DNA from: Tubiluchus corallicola
Taxonomy: Eukaryota > Animalia > Priapulida
Reading direction: 5' to 3'
Assembly (NCBI GenBank): GCA_030141605.1
Contig: JAQGDQ010000199.1
Coordinates: forward strand, 214,430-270,346
Length of the DNA: 55,917 bases
Part shown: one piece after another, positions 1 to 13,900 of the stretch
How positions within the stretch are numbered: the stretch's first letter is position 1
How the letters are laid out: each line of letters opens with the position of its first letter
Translations under genes and position numbers: made by a program
Notes under the pieces: model-generated
Told to the model about the DNA's origin: nothing
The model's database searches: none
The model's input: the letters and a program-made list of their open reading frames with translations, nothing else

Positions 1-108
1 GATAGTGAATGAGTGAGTGAGTGAGTGAGTGAGTGAGTGAGTGAATGAGTGAGTGAGTGAGTGAGTGAGTGAGTGAGTGAGTGAGTGAGTGAGTGAGTGA
101 GTGAGTGA
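1..108. repeat. (GAGT)n microsatellite
   Basis: Direct reading of gagt tandem units; lies in an intron of the cholinesterase-like gene. Confidence 0.95.
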
Positions 109-145
109 AAGAGATGCCCATCTGGTGCAAAGCATCAAATTATAC

Positions 146-2110
146 CTATCACAGACTGTATAGCAGGTACACCCTTGCTCAAAATAATGCAGTGTTTGGT
201 ACAGAAGCCACCTTCCTTCACCTGAATCTTCTCATCGCCAATGTCCAAGTACTTTCGTCCTCCCAATTTGAACTCTGGCCAGAAAACAGTATTTTTGGTT
301 CCACCTTCATTGGGATTTCTGAGAAGACAAATATGTAAAAGATATCAGTAAAATCAAAACTGAAGTACAGAATATTAGTGGGAGTTTTTCAGCAGACTTA
401 TTCGTGGCTAAAGTGGCAAAAATGTCAGTGATTTCATTCTGGAGAATCTTTTAGCAAATAGGAAAAAAATATGACAAAACACTATAAAAACGTCGCCTAA
501 TTACTAGAGTAAAAAGAGATGTTAGACTTGCAAGACTTCTACTTTTTATTTAACAGTAAAATTAGTTTTGTGTAAGAACTAGCAGGAAAAAACCTGGATT
601 ACCCAGTTTCTGCAAAATTGCGGATGTAAGTCATCAATGATCTGCTGATGTTCCTTTCATACTCCGTAAAGTCTTGTTCATTTTTGAGTGGCAGTCCCAT
701 AAAAAATGGTACGTCATCATCGGATACTACTCCACACCACTCGGGCCAAGGTGAGCCAGAGGGTCGATGACTAAACGTATACCAATAAACATGACCACCC
801 CTCTCGAACCAGTTCACGGCAAACTCTGTTAATGGACAGATGCTGTAGAAGTCACCCATAAAGTCTGAAATTGCACTAATACACTCCAAATTTCCAAAAG
901 GATATTCAAGGTATGCATTGAGTACAATATTTTGGACGACTTCATCATAATCTTTAAAAGCATTATTGAAAGTGGCGACATAGTCGGTATAGCTGCAGTT
1001 AGGTTGGTCTTGACTGGGGTAAATCTCTAACTCAGTTTCTCGCAGGAGCTTAGCGCCTTCATTTTTTGTGACAGAAATCATTACTGGTACATCAGCATTT
1101 GCAAAGTTACTAGCACTCGCTGGTGGTGTTACGAGAAAGTTACCATCAAGCGTAGGCCTCACACCCTGATCAGGAATGCCAGTACTTAATGGTAGTGTAA
1201 ATTGTAAAGCATTTAACGTAGAAGCATTGACATCTCTCATGCAAGATATACTGACGTCATCATCTTCAACGCATCCAAGTGCAGCTGCAATGCTTCTGCA
1301 AAAAGCGAGGGCATTTTCAGGTTTATCATAACTTGGATTGTTTTTCCACTCATTGGGAAATGCAGCTTGCACAATAGCAGAAGAAAACAAACTTTTGCTA
1401 AGCGGAGAGATCAAGTGATATCCCACCATTACTCCAGTAGGTTGCCCTGCAATTGTAAGTTTACCTTTGTCCCCACCAAAAGATTCAATATTATCATTTA
1501 TCCACTCAAGTGCCAAAACCTGATCCAACAAACCTTGATTTCCAGGTGATTCTGTGTTATTCAGGAACAGAAAACCAAAAGGTCCAACTCTGTAGTTGAT
1601 GGTGACTACAATCATGTTGGCAAATGCAGAAAGAATTGTTCCATCCATACGTTTTGTATTTGCTGCTCCCATTACAAAAAAACCACCATGAATTAAAACA
1701 ACTGTTGGCAAACCTCTTGCATTTTCTGGAGTAAACACATTTAGATATAGACAATCTTCACTTACTGGAGTAGTAAGATCATATGCATCATTAACTTTCA
1801 TCCCTTCTCCCACAACAGCAGCAAATGTGTTATTTATCTGGAAACAGGAATTGTGGGGTGTTGTTGCTAATTTTATTCCTTTCCACATTTTAACAGGCGC
1901 TGGTTTTGCAAATCGTAAGTTTCCAACTGGGGGTTCAGCATAAGGGATACCTAGAAATGTACGCACTTTTTTGTTTAAAGCTTCCTGCATGAAACCTTTC
2001 ACCTTGCCAGTGGTCGTCTTGACAACGAGGCCATTTCTGTTGACCCGTTTCCCTGATGCAAATGTAAAAATGCAATTCATGATGCAGAACAAAACCCAAC
2101 GACTCTGCAT
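146..2110 (-). CDS. Acetylcholinesterase/butyrylcholinesterase-like carboxylesterase family protein, probably catalytically inactive; 3' end outside window
   Basis: Coding exons 2110-603 and 318-146. Motifs: signal peptide MQSRWVLFCIMNCIFTFASG, FLGIPYAEPPVGNLRF, SEDCLYLNVFTP, IHGG, INYRVGPFGFL, GNQGLLDQVLALEWINDNIESFGGD, FAETG|NPN..WPEF...YLDI...C. Phase-2 intron GG|GTAATC(602)...TTCTCAG(319)|A; next donor G|GTATAA at 145. Acceptor TTTCAG at 2123 just upstream of the ATG. Confidence 0.9.
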
Positions 2111-3399
2111 GGTGAAACAAACCTGAAATAAGACACAAAATGATAATCCATTTAGAAATCATTTTGTATGGAATTTCGCCAAGTATCTTGTTGTTCACGT
2201 GGCCATGACTACTCACCTGTGCTTAACTGTATAAATAGTAATGATTATAACTATCTGTCAACTAGGGTTAGGCTACTTAATCCATGGTAGACACAGGATG
2301 ACTACTTGACTTCCTGTTCTAGTGAATGGAACCTACCAGTCAACTCCAGGCAGTGGCAAGTTTGCAGGTAGCCTATGGGGGGTGGGGGGGGAGTCTAAGT
2401 AGATGGTTCTAGTATGGGAGGTGTATTTTAATTTTGCTTGAAGAAATTAGTCGTTCTTCTCATGATAACAATGCAAATGACAATGCATCAGCAACAAAAG
2501 ATATTATTAATTAACTGCCCTGCTGGCATCAGATTAGCACATACAAAATCGAGCAACTTACAGTCTCTGGAATGTTGTACTGTACTGGGGTACCTCACAA
2601 CTCTGAACATGGATCACTTCAAGCAATTGAATGGGTCCTCCGTGTAGCACTTACTAACCTTCATTAATGGTCATTGTCTTTTAATTTGACATACAGAAAA
2701 ATAAAAGAGGTGTTGTAGATTTGAATCTTTTCTCAAAACTCAACAGCCAGGATGCTAAACTAACTGACATACTTACTGACTAAACACCGCATGGCATAAA
2801 TTACTGCACAGGTATATTTGTTTGAATATTAACATGAGAGTGACAATTACATAAGTAGTTTTCACAATATAACAGTCAAGTTTTGTTACATATAACAAAC
2901 ATATCGACAAAATGTTAAGGTTGCTTTACGGAAATGCATGATATAAGTAAATATATCATATTTTGCTATTTTAGATTGTTGTAAACCAATTGTTTTCGCA
3001 GTTTAGTTTAATTAATGGCAATTTTATAAGTTTTATATATAATTTACATGTAATATATATAATTTACATATAAATTAGTAAGTGCCAAAACAAGATTCAT
3101 ATATACAGTATAACTAAATCTGGTACTGTTCAGAAAAAGTTCAGAATTGCAAAATTAGCAATGATAAAATGGGCAAATTATTATTAAGATGGAACAGTTT
3201 ATTTGATTGAGCATAGAAAATTTAAAATTTTAACTTCGGGTAAAGTGGTTTAATTGTCTGACTAACGTAATTATAGTGATTGCAGCTTTCAGTTAAGTGC
3301 AACATTGTAAAATGGCCTTTTATTTTTTAATAGAAACAAGATAAAACACTACATCAATAGAGCTGGTTATTTATTACAGTCAAGTTAGGAAAAGTGAAT

Positions 3400-3562
3400 A
3401 CTCTTACCTGTGTACAGATGTGCTTACAGCTTGTAACGACCAACAACGTGTGGCAAAAATGACTGCTCCCTATTGGCAGCAACTAAAGCTGTCAAGAAAG
3501 TCAAAGGTTTTATACTTTTGAAACGACCTTTAAATTTTTATTTGCACGTAAGCCGCCCAATT
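3400..3562 (-). promoter_or_regulatory. Putative promoter and non-coding first exon of the cholinesterase-like gene
   Basis: On the - strand: GC/CCAAT-like gccgcccaat near 3552-3561, TATAAAA near 3508-3514 and a strong donor CAG|GTAAGAG near 3408. A second donor CAG|GTGAGT lies near 2216. Confidence 0.4.
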
Positions 3563-5647
3563 AACATGTAAATTGTTAACTTTATTATGCAAATAAATGA
3601 ACAAACCGCATGAAAAACAAACGGCATAAGCAATTGAAAACTTTTTCTGCAAGGTCACAGAGCAACGTGCAATATTTTCCCTTAATTCTTGCCGAAACTA
3701 AATTTGTGAAAGGTGAAAAGAGTCACCTTTAGTTCTCTCTAACTGAATTGATTTACAACAGATCCGGTTACGGATCTGAATTTTTTTGCTTTAAAACTCG
3801 GTACTGGAGTTTATAAAGAAATGATAAAGATCAATAAAAATAGACATTTTGCATAAACATACTATACATTACTGTATATTTATTAAACACATAAAAGCTT
3901 AATCTTAGTATTTTTGAAATTCTGATAAATGTGAGGATTTGTGTAATTAAATGACTAATTGGTTCCTTTTCGTCCAAACAGGTCTGTTTTGTACTGTGAA
4001 TGGCACTATAACATACAAAACAACATAAAAATATAAAGAAAAATTAGAACAATTGAATCACAATCACATGGGCTTTACTATTCCAACAATAAGCTCTGAA
4101 AACTGAACAACAACAAATATAACCGATGAGAACATATATTTACATTTAACAAATATCATACGTCTGCAAAATAATTGAATTTATTCTCTGCAAAGTCAAA
4201 TCAAGACATCATAAATTATAACATTTACTGTGACTAGAAACATCGGTATAATAACTAAAACTAAGCGCATTAAGAAAAGACAATGATATAACACCAATCA
4301 AGCAATAAAATAATGAAGAGCAAGAATAACAAAGAAAAACGTGTATATACCTGTCAGTAAAACATTTGCCTCTCACCTAGGCAATGTTCCCGGATACAAG
4401 GTAATAACATTTTTATAGATAAACATGCATACTAACTACAAGTTTTCAAGGTTATGTAAAATACGCAGCGTGGATTCAAAGTATACTGTAAATCTCTAGT
4501 TTTAACGTATAAACATACATCTAAACCAGAAAATTTGAAATGAGCCGAAGTGTAAATGTAAAAATGATAAACGAACGAACCAAGGACAATTTCAAATTAT
4601 TTTTAAGGGAAGAAACGCAATTAAAAAATCCGTTGTATAACACAAATATCTTCACTCGAAACAAATTATGAACAGAATACAAAAACATATGACAAAATGC
4701 AAAGAAAACTTCGCTATGAAAAACAGCAATTATTACTTTCTCTTATCCATCTCATCTGTGTCTCTTATCTCCTCCAGCAATGTTCTATTCTATGCTCAGC
4801 ACAAACATGCAAGAAAGAACATTTATTTACGAGAACTAATTGCAGGTAAAATGCAACTCTTTGTGTGCTGTTATTTGACGTTTACAACAAACATTGTTCA
4901 AAAAATCATGATTACGACGTTAAAATGATAAAGCCAAAGCAAAATTGTTCTAAAATCTTATTAAAATCAGAACCAATATAGGTACTAAAGTGGTGCCCTG
5001 TTTCAGAAGTCTGGTAAGCTTTTAGATTCATCAAAATGACTTTAAGTGTGTGTGTACTGGGATGTTACTGTCGAGACGTCAGCCATTTTACGTTACGGCT
5101 CTCTTTAATAATTGAAGTTACAATGTGGTTAGAGGTGTGTTCTGGATCTGAAGTTTCTTACTTTAATAAAGATTTTGTACTGAACTTCAAATGTATCAGC
5201 ATATAAGAGAACCTGTGTTATCCTAGTATAATTTTATGGCGCTGACTAGAGGTGTGGGTACGGATCCTCTATCCGGGAAAACTGCAACCAAACAAGTTCA
5301 ACTCAATTGACCGAAGGACCCGCTGATCTCAAGATCGTGGATTAGAAATGTTGTGGATACTACGTTCTTTAATTTAAGATGGAAAATAAAAAGTCAGACT
5401 CGCGCAGTCAATCCAGAATTCGTTGTACTATATTCGTGTTCATAATGATCCAGTCAAGCCATAATTGACTTTTTTCTAGAATGATGTTAATTGCTGAAAT
5501 GTAGAATTCAAAATGGCAAATACAAAATCCGACACAGTCATTGTATGCAGAGCTTGTTCTAGGTTTTATGTTTTAATGAAAATCCGTTACGAATTTGAAC
5601 AGCCAGATAAGTTTTTTCAAAAATTATCCTCAACATCATCTTGAATA

Positions 5648-5790
5648 TAAAATGGCGGATCAGTCCTAATGTCTAAATGTCATTTTGGTTGTAGCATATA
5701 AATAACAACACCTAAAGAGGTGCATTTAGCTGCAAAGTAACACTTTTCTTAATAAATGTCCCTTCTTTCATATTTGTTCTGAGCACAGCA
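5648..5790 (+). repeat. Old dispersed repeat, second copy at ~11262-11400
   Basis: Shared blocks aaaatggc.gatcagtc, taacaacacctaa, gtaa.acttttcttaa, atgtcccttct in both places. Confidence 0.55.
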
Positions 5791-6469
5791 TGGCTGTATG
5801 AAACAATAGACAAGGAAACATGCTAGTAATTAACTCCTTTTCAGAACGAAAGTTTCTTTGTTTTTAGTTGTCTGTTATCCAGTAGGTAATTCTGATTAAC
5901 TATGTTATTATGTTAAAGCTCGATTCGGGCAAATATATTATATTTGGAGAGTTCAAAGATGTAGCAACTGGATAAAATTTTAAAATAAAAATAAGTTTAC
6001 TAATGGCTATCATGAATACAGTCATTTACCACTACCAGTACTGAAAATTTGGAACTCACAAGTTAAAAGCGCGAATTGATTCTACATTAAATAATCCCAA
6101 AGCAACAGCTAATAGAAGAGCTTTATTGTGCCGTAAAGACAAATGCATGTAGTAGTAGTAGTAGTAGTATTATCTGTATTTTGCTTTTTTGAAAACATTG
6201 ACAAACATAATAAAAGAGACAGACAATCAGTGTTAGTTCAAACAAAAATATTCACTGTTCTAGGCAAATGTGTCTGGTGCAAGCTAAAGTATGAGTGCAA
6301 ACTAGAAATTCAGAAATAAAACTACAAATACACAATGCACTATGATAAAACTACACACACTTTCATTCCCGCACGCACCCATTCATCCTCTGATGCACAC
6401 ACCCTCTCTCTCTCTCTCGTTCACACACACACGCACACGCACACGCACACACATTTTTTTTATAAATGT

Positions 6470-7020
6470 TGATAAACTGTTCTTCCCACGTAAGCATGTT
6501 GTCCAACTTAACGCCTTTAACAAGAAATTAACAACTTTTGACTGCACATTAACACCATTTTCTATTTGTAGGGATATAGCAGCTGTATTTTCGGTATTGT
6601 TAATTGTTGGGGATAATACCATAAATTCCTTTTTATCTCAGTTCATTTTTAACTTGTAATAATTAAATGCCATGTTGATATTCTTTATCTCTTTTTCTAA
6701 GTAGTGTTTTGCAATACTGGTGTTCTCGTGAGCCAGATAAATAGTCGTGTCGTCTGCACATTGCTTAATACTTGAATATTGTAGAACGTTAGAAATATTG
6801 TACATAAAAAGGTTAAACAGTAGAGGTCCCAACAGTGTACCCTGTGGGATACCTTCTTGAAGGTTAGCCCAATCTGAGTATGTTGGAGAGTTTATTTTAA
6901 CCCGCTGCTTTCTATTTTGTAGGTAATCATTAATTAATTTTAATGCTGATTGTTCGAATCCCATTTCCTTCAAATTTTCCCAACACAGTAGTGCGTGATT
7001 TAAACTGTCGAATGGATTAT
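6470..7020 (-). mobile_element. Degenerate LINE (CR1/L2/Jockey group) reverse transcriptase fragment
   Basis: FDSLNHALL, YLQNRKQRVKIN, GIPQGTLLGPLLFNLF, CADDT, LKMN. Confidence 0.9.
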
Positions 7021-8529
7021 TTAAATCCCCATAAACGGGGGATGGAGCATTAAAATATGATGACCTGTATGAATTCAATGTCCCTCCAGTAAAGAACCAC
7101 TGCGACAGGAAAGGAAACAGCATGTTATTTGCCCAATTTCAAAGTGAATTGTAGGCCATATGTAAACTAATTCAAATATGGTGCCACCACTGAACGTCAA
7201 ATCTGAAGTGATCTTTGCATTTCTCCAAGGACATTTGGCAGTAAAATCGCTTTGTTCTTAAAGTTGTTATTAGTGTTCATGGAATGATATTTTAGAAATT
7301 AAATTGCCAAGATCCATTTTGACATAATAATAATGACAGTAGTTTTCCTATACAGTAATTATTTTAGGCACCGCCTGGACAACAGTAATTATTTTATTAT
7401 TGCTGTATTGCGAATGTGATTATTGAAATAGCTAAATATGATGAACACAAAATAATGATCTTAAAACCCTATAGAAACGGCTAGTATTCACCAACTAAAA
7501 TGTATAACTATTTATAACTTGATGTGATTGCATTGTTTACACGCGCATTTATTATGTCCATCTTAACCCACCGTCTACTTGATGAAAACGCCAATTTTAA
7601 TGAAGAAAGTTTACATGAGCAATTTCAGTTTAGCCCTCTTTCTCCTTAACCTTCGGTAAGTGCTAAAATTTTGATTTAGGCGAGTATATATTTCACAGTC
7701 ATAAAACTATCTTTGCTTCCATCTTGTGGTTGCTAACATTTGCATTGCATAAGCAAAATATTCACTTCCGATGCAAGAGACAAGTAATGCAACAATTGGC
7801 GCCATCGATGGCAAGACGGGAAGTCTTGTAAGACAAAACATTTTTAAGTAATATCTTCTGTTCTCTATTGCGTTCTTGTCAGCTTAAAATTGTGAAATTA
7901 ATTTTAATCATTTTATATATTTCCATATAATATGAATCATCACCTGCAGTAGAGACGTGATAATATTATTAATGGCAACTTATTAAATATCTAAATTTAC
8001 TAACATTAAAATAGACAAAAGAATTTTACTTATTTAATGCCTAATACATAAAGACATTCGAGGCAAACACTTGTAGAAAACAACTGAACACTATATTACA
8101 TGTTTGCACAAAAACTGAAACCGTTTATTATACTACATAGTTATATATAACATGACAGCTAAACTACACTGAGGACCAGAGTGTCCTGCAAGAATTAGAC
8201 AGTGGCTAGAAGTGAAATCTAGCCAGTATATATAGGTAGAGAACTATGCAAAAACTTGGCTTCACATATCCCATTACAGTAAAAATAGGGGAGATCCAGT
8301 GAGTATGCATATTCACTGGACCGAGCAATTGTACTAGGGGTGAGTTTAACTAGTAAAATGTTAAAGTGACTAATCAATAGATGGCAGCACCTAAATATAC
8401 AGTTACAACTTTCACAAGTATCTTACTTAACGTAATCTATATGCCACTATATAAAGTAGTAGGCATGTGTACATGAATTTGTTTTTGACTGATCAAATCT
8501 TAAAAATTTCGAAAATAATGTTAATGCTG

Positions 8530-9440
8530 AAAATAATAAAATTGATATTTGGATGAAGGCAAATCAGTTAAGTGTCAAGCAAATTTATGCTTATCACTAA
8601 TCATCAATCTAAATCCGACCTAGATAATTTTAAAATTAAAATTGGTAAAAACATCATACAGCAAACTGATCAAATAAAATATTTAGGTTTGTACATTGAT
8701 AACAAAATGTCATGGAAACCGCATGTAAGCCACATCTCGTACAAAATCAATAAAGTTGTTGGTATAATATCTAACATTAGGCACTATGTTGATAACGACT
8801 CACTCAAAGCAGTATATTCTCAGCTCCAATATTGTATTCTTACTTTTGCTTTTGCAACAACAACCTCTCATAACTGCTTAAAATAAAATTGTCAAAATAA
8901 TGAATTTTTGCTAGATTAGAGAGATTAGAATTTTTGCTAGAGATCACGCAACTCCCGCTTATAAAAACCTTCACGTTCTAAAGCTTCATGATATTTGTAA
9001 TCTTGAACTAACTAAATTTGTTTTCAAATTTAAACATAATCTACTTCCTGAAATATTTTCTGATTATTACACACCTCTAATAAACACCAATAAGATCTGT
9101 AAAAAGAAATTTTGTAAACTGATTTGCAACCAGAAGAATCCGAAGTTCGCTTAAATACAAATGTGTTGTACTGTGGAACTCTCTTTCACTAGACCTATTA
9201 GCAGGCACATTGTTTACTTTTCAAAAACAGTACGAAAAACAACTACTAACGAAATATGATTAGGATTGTGAATTATATTTGTCTCCGTGTCTTGGTTTAT
9301 AAGTTCACCAGAAAACCCGCCTATCACTTGATAAAATATCTATTGTTCTGACTACGTTTTTTAATGCAACTGTTTCTTTCCAGTATATTCTACTTTATGT
9401 GTATGAAATGTTAATGAAGCTGCCATAAAATAAATAAAAT
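8530..9440 (+). mobile_element. 5'-truncated LINE (L2/CR1/Crack-like), RT C-terminal region and 3' UTR
   Basis: IKYLGLYIDNKMSWKPHV, KINKVVGII..IRHY, YSQLQYCI; further frameshifted motifs downstream; (TAAA)-like tail near 9425-9440. Confidence 0.8.
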
Positions 9441-12189
9441 TTTCTGACTTCATGCTAGACGCAGTACAGGTAAATTTATACAATACACATTGCATGATAT
9501 GTATTGCATGCAAAGGCCTATAATTGGTTTAAGGTATCTTTTAAAATAATACAATTTAGTTGATGAATGTATTTACAATTTTTTTTTGTTAGGATAGTGC
9601 ATGATGTTTGATCTTTTACATATTGTCAACTGGTAATTATAACTGCATGATGGAATGTTTTCTATATTTTTATATAGATATATATATCTGATGATATAAT
9701 GATATTAATTAAATATGTACATTTTTTATTTAGTTGCTGACTGTCTCCGCAGATGGGGATACTAATTAGGCATGACTTTTTCTTTTACGATCATTTGAGT
9801 AAACAAAGTACATTTGAGCAAGAAAAAGCAAACTAGTACATCAAAACCTGCTGAGAAGATAGGGTTATACAGTATGTGCCAGTAGTGTCAAGTTAAATGT
9901 GTTGTTCACTAGTGTAAGTTAAGTTACATAACTTTCTTAATGTCATTCCTACTGGTAGAATAAGTAACAATGTTTGCAATCGTGTGTCTGTGAAATTTAT
10001 AAGTGATCTTTCTATTCTCTGAAAAGCTTTCATATACAATATACCTGTTAGCCAGTCCGTGTTTGATTAATTGCCCATTGTACTTATAATAAATGCATTC
10101 GTGATTGAAATTTTTTGTAAAATAGAAAAAATATTGTTCAAACTAAACTGTTGTAGTACAACAATTGTAGCTGATGTGCCATCAAGTATACTTTTATACT
10201 TTTTGTCCAAAAAAAGTTCAATTTTAATGTTAATAATATGTTCTATTAAATTTATGTTTAACGAAAAAGCTGATTTTTATGCTTCTTAACCGTGTTTAGA
10301 TATTTGCATTATCGCTAATCAGGACTCTAATTACTGGTGGCGCCACCCCAGAGCTTGAATTGATACTAGCTGAAGGGGCGGATCTGCGGGGAGGCTACAG
10401 CACTCCTGAAACTTTAGTTGATTGAGATCGACCTAAAGTGGCTCAAATCACCTTATGCGACAGGCCTATTGCTCAGTTTGGGGTTTGTCTTTTTGTGTTA
10501 TTTAACAATAAATGTTATATTTTCGGTTAAATTACTTGGAGGTTTAGAGATTTACTGACGTACGAAAAAACGTAACAGTACAGCATAACAAACATCAAGT
10601 GAGATGTATAAGTGTCCTTAACAAAAAATACAAATTAATAAGTTAAAATAAACGACTATAACATTTCGCAACATTTAAATTACTTATGTTATTTGACTTG
10701 ACTTGTCACATTATATTGGAATGATTGGTTTATCCAGCCCTTTTTCTCATTTTTCCCAAATATCCCTAAACTTAACTTGGCAACAAAGTGGATCTATGGT
10801 TGTTGATTTTTTTTTAAATCAGTTTGACTGAAAAGAAAATATAAGAAGTTCACAGTTGATTCAGTGACTATTGTATTACAAATCCGATGCTGTGACTGTT
10901 AGACCACTCAGACCCTTATTTGATGTATTTTATGGTCAGGTCAGCTGTGACTAAAGGTTTGACCTGCGGTCTGCAGATTTTGCGAGAACAATGGACAGGT
11001 TACGACTTGTACAAAGCGCTATATGATCACCAACCCTGCCGAAGACTTTCCTTTGTATCCCACTGACCTAGTATATATCATTAAATTGGTGATAAAATCT
11101 TAAATGATGATGTCACTGCAAATCAAAATTCCATCACAGCCAGGGTTTGCAGTTTTTCTACTAGTTTATAATTATAGTCCTGAGAAGATTCAAGACAATT
11201 CATTACGAAATGGTGGAGCCAGCTTTTTCAAAAAAAATCCTAACTTCACCATTACGAATTTAAAATGGCCGATCAGTCACAATAATATTGGTGAACAATA
11301 CTTCTATTAAAGTATAATTAACAACACCTAACGTGCTGTTAGGCTAAAACGTAATACTTTTCTTAAGTAGATGTCCCTTCTTGTATGTTTGTACAGTTCA
11401 AAACGATTCTTATTCTCCTCGGGAAAATGTGTGTCCGTTCATATTAATGTAAAACAAGCATTGTATAACACCCCACAAGTAGCTACAGAGACCATAGAGT
11501 TACTATGTAAGTGCCTAATAACGAAGAAGCACAAGGTAATACACAACAAGCAGTTTCCCAGCGTGCTTGTATATAAGTGCAGTTCATACATTTCACTGTG
11601 TAAGACATAAGTCATTTATTTCACATTACACATTTACAATAGCTTCATGTACAATATCTAGTGAAAGGGCCTACAAAGAACGTAATACAAATAAGAAATA
11701 CTGCACAGGAAAAGCCTCACACACTGTTCACCTATATACAAATGTAAATGTGTTGCAGGCAATCAAATAGCAGAGCTTGTTAGATTGTCCCACACAGTGA
11801 AAGAAAAAAAAGTAATGAAAATAATCTGAAAATTTAAAGTGAATCGTGTGATTAAGAAAATATTAGTGCTTAAAATGGAATGATGTAATGAATGAAGCTC
11901 ATATATGAGATGATATAAAAGATAGAAAGACTATTATTTGTTAATAGTATGTAAAATTAAGATTACACAAAGAGTGTAATAACAGAGTAACAACAATAAA
12001 AGTCTAACTAGACATTGTTAGGATGTAATAAATTAAGCAAACATGCACCTTGTGTTTGTACTCTCCTGTTTGTAAATTTGTAATTGTATTGGATAGAAGA
12101 ATTTTACCTAAAAGTTTATTTATAATCAGTCTGCAAAAGACAATGACATCATATACAAAAATCCAAAGTACATTCCGTTACACCTATGA

Positions 12190-12393
12190 CCATTGTATCA
12201 ACAAACTAGGGTTGTTAAGTTTGATAAATTAAATGAAATACTTCTGCCCGAAAGCCTTAATATAGCTGCCTTAGGAACTAATGATCTGTTGAAGTTGTTA
12301 TTATTCGGTAAAGATGAATTTAACTATGTTGCTAACTGCAAAATATTCCGATGCATACATGACCTTATATTACATACTAAACGCTTCCAGTAG
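12190..12393 (+). mobile_element. LINE ORF2 C-terminal remnant
   Basis: LLLFG...N.KIF..I...I..TKRF* matches the typical C-terminus of CR1/Jockey-group ORF2. Confidence 0.6.
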
Positions 12394-12440
12394 TTTCTAT
12401 CTGACATGAAATGCACCAGTCTTAAATATTCGTACATTAA

Positions 12441-12900
12441 CCCTTTCAGTCCCAAATTATTTTTTTAATAAGAAACATTTTTTGGCTTGATTCTTTTGTT
12501 CAGCATGTCCATCTTGTTTACACACAATAATTATTTTTTTCTACCTGTGCCCGTGTGCTAAATATAGCCTGTATCCCACGGGATACATTGGGATTCAATA
12601 GAAGCATAAAATGTGCTTCATTTTGCAACTGCTGATAATTTTCTAAAGTATTTAAGACATTTAGACATTGCATACTATGCTGATCTGTACAAAGTCGTCT
12701 CTAAAGTACTGTACCTTGCGCAGTTTTTATGCTATGTAGATTTTCTACTTTGCCATTTTATCACCATTTTTAGTCTATTGTTATTGGCTTAAATCAAAAT
12801 AACTATTAACAGATCAAATAACTGTCAGTTTTAAAATTTTAATAATTTTAAAGGCAGAAAATATTCTCGTATCCCACGGGAAACAACGGGTATGAAAGGG
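12441..12900. mobile_element. piggyBac-type non-autonomous element (MITE)
   Basis: TTAA(12437-40)|CCCTTTCAGTCCC ... GGGTATGAAAGGG|TTAA(12901-04): CCC/GGG termini, TTAA target duplication, internal repeated gtatcccacggga. Confidence 0.85.
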
Positions 12901-13101
12901 TTAATACTTTCTAATCGCCATTTTCTACTAATGTCTAATGTAATCTTGTAGTAAAACTTGTCAGCTTGTGTAGTTATAGTCTATTCTTATTGTAAATGTT
13001 ACTAATGTCTAATGTAATCTTGTAGTAAAACTTGTCAGCGTAGTTGGGTCGTATGTTCGTATGTAGCAAGTTTGCAATCCTTGTATATCACGAGCATCTG
13101 C

Positions 13102-13221
13102 TTATACACGAGTACGGCGTTGAAAACACCGGTTCTGGTCTGATCACCGAAGTTAAGCAACGTAGAGGCGGGTTAGTACTTGGATGGGTGACCGACTACG
13201 AATATCACGTGCTGGAGGTTT
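13102..13221 (+). pseudogene. Diverged 5S rRNA copy (pseudogene or 5S-derived retrocopy)
   Basis: gttgaaaacaccggttct.gtc.gatcaccgaagttaagcaacgt...ggttagtacttggatgggtgaccg..gaata...gtgctg.agg matches invertebrate 5S with intact box A/C. The terminal helix no longer pairs, there is no T4 terminator, and a (TAAG)n tract follows. Confidence 0.8.
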
Positions 13222-13236
13222 GCTGGATGCCAACAC

Positions 13237-13237
<1 letters not shown>

Positions 13238-13334
<97 letters not shown>

Positions 13335-13480
13335 GTAAGTGAGTAAGTGAGTAAATGAGAGAGTGAGTAAGTGAGTAAATGAGAGAGTGAGTGAGTGAGT
13401 GAGCGAGCGAGTGAGTGAATGAGTGAGTGAGTGAATGAGTGAGTGAGCAAGCAAGCAAGCAAGTAATTAAGTAAGTAAGA
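13238..13480. repeat. Compound (TAAG)n/(GAGT)n/(GCAA)n microsatellite
   Basis: Direct reading. Confidence 0.95.
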
Positions 13481-13900
13481 AAGGTAAAGTAAGATCACTA
13501 CTACTACTACTATACATACCACTAGTACTACTATTATTGCTACTATTACTACCCACCACCACCATTACTACTTTGCACGTCTTTCTCTTCACCCTCTCTG
13601 TCGCTTTCTTCTTATCTGCATCTCTCTCTTTCTTCTCTCTCTTCCACTATCCCTCCCCTTCCCCCCTCTCTCTCCCTCTCTCTTGTTTTCACTCCTCGCT
13701 CTCCTTTATTAGTCATAAAATAACAGAAAAACATTTCTTTAGGCCATTGTCAAAATTAAAACTAAATATCTCAGTAATCATCATTATACCAGCAATTGAC
13801 CTAAATAACATCTAAACGAAACACGAGCAACAATACAGGCGTTTTAACCCTTTTCTTAACTAAACTTGACAGTAAAATAATTCGTGTATTGGTTGTGTGA

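Noticed and set aside
5040-5260. LTR end followed by a primer-binding site (tggcgctg)
   Set aside because: No TG...CA boundary pair, TSD or gag/pol sequence found.
13102-13221. Functional 5S rRNA gene
   Set aside because: Terminal helix disrupted, no oligo-T terminator, not in a tandem array.
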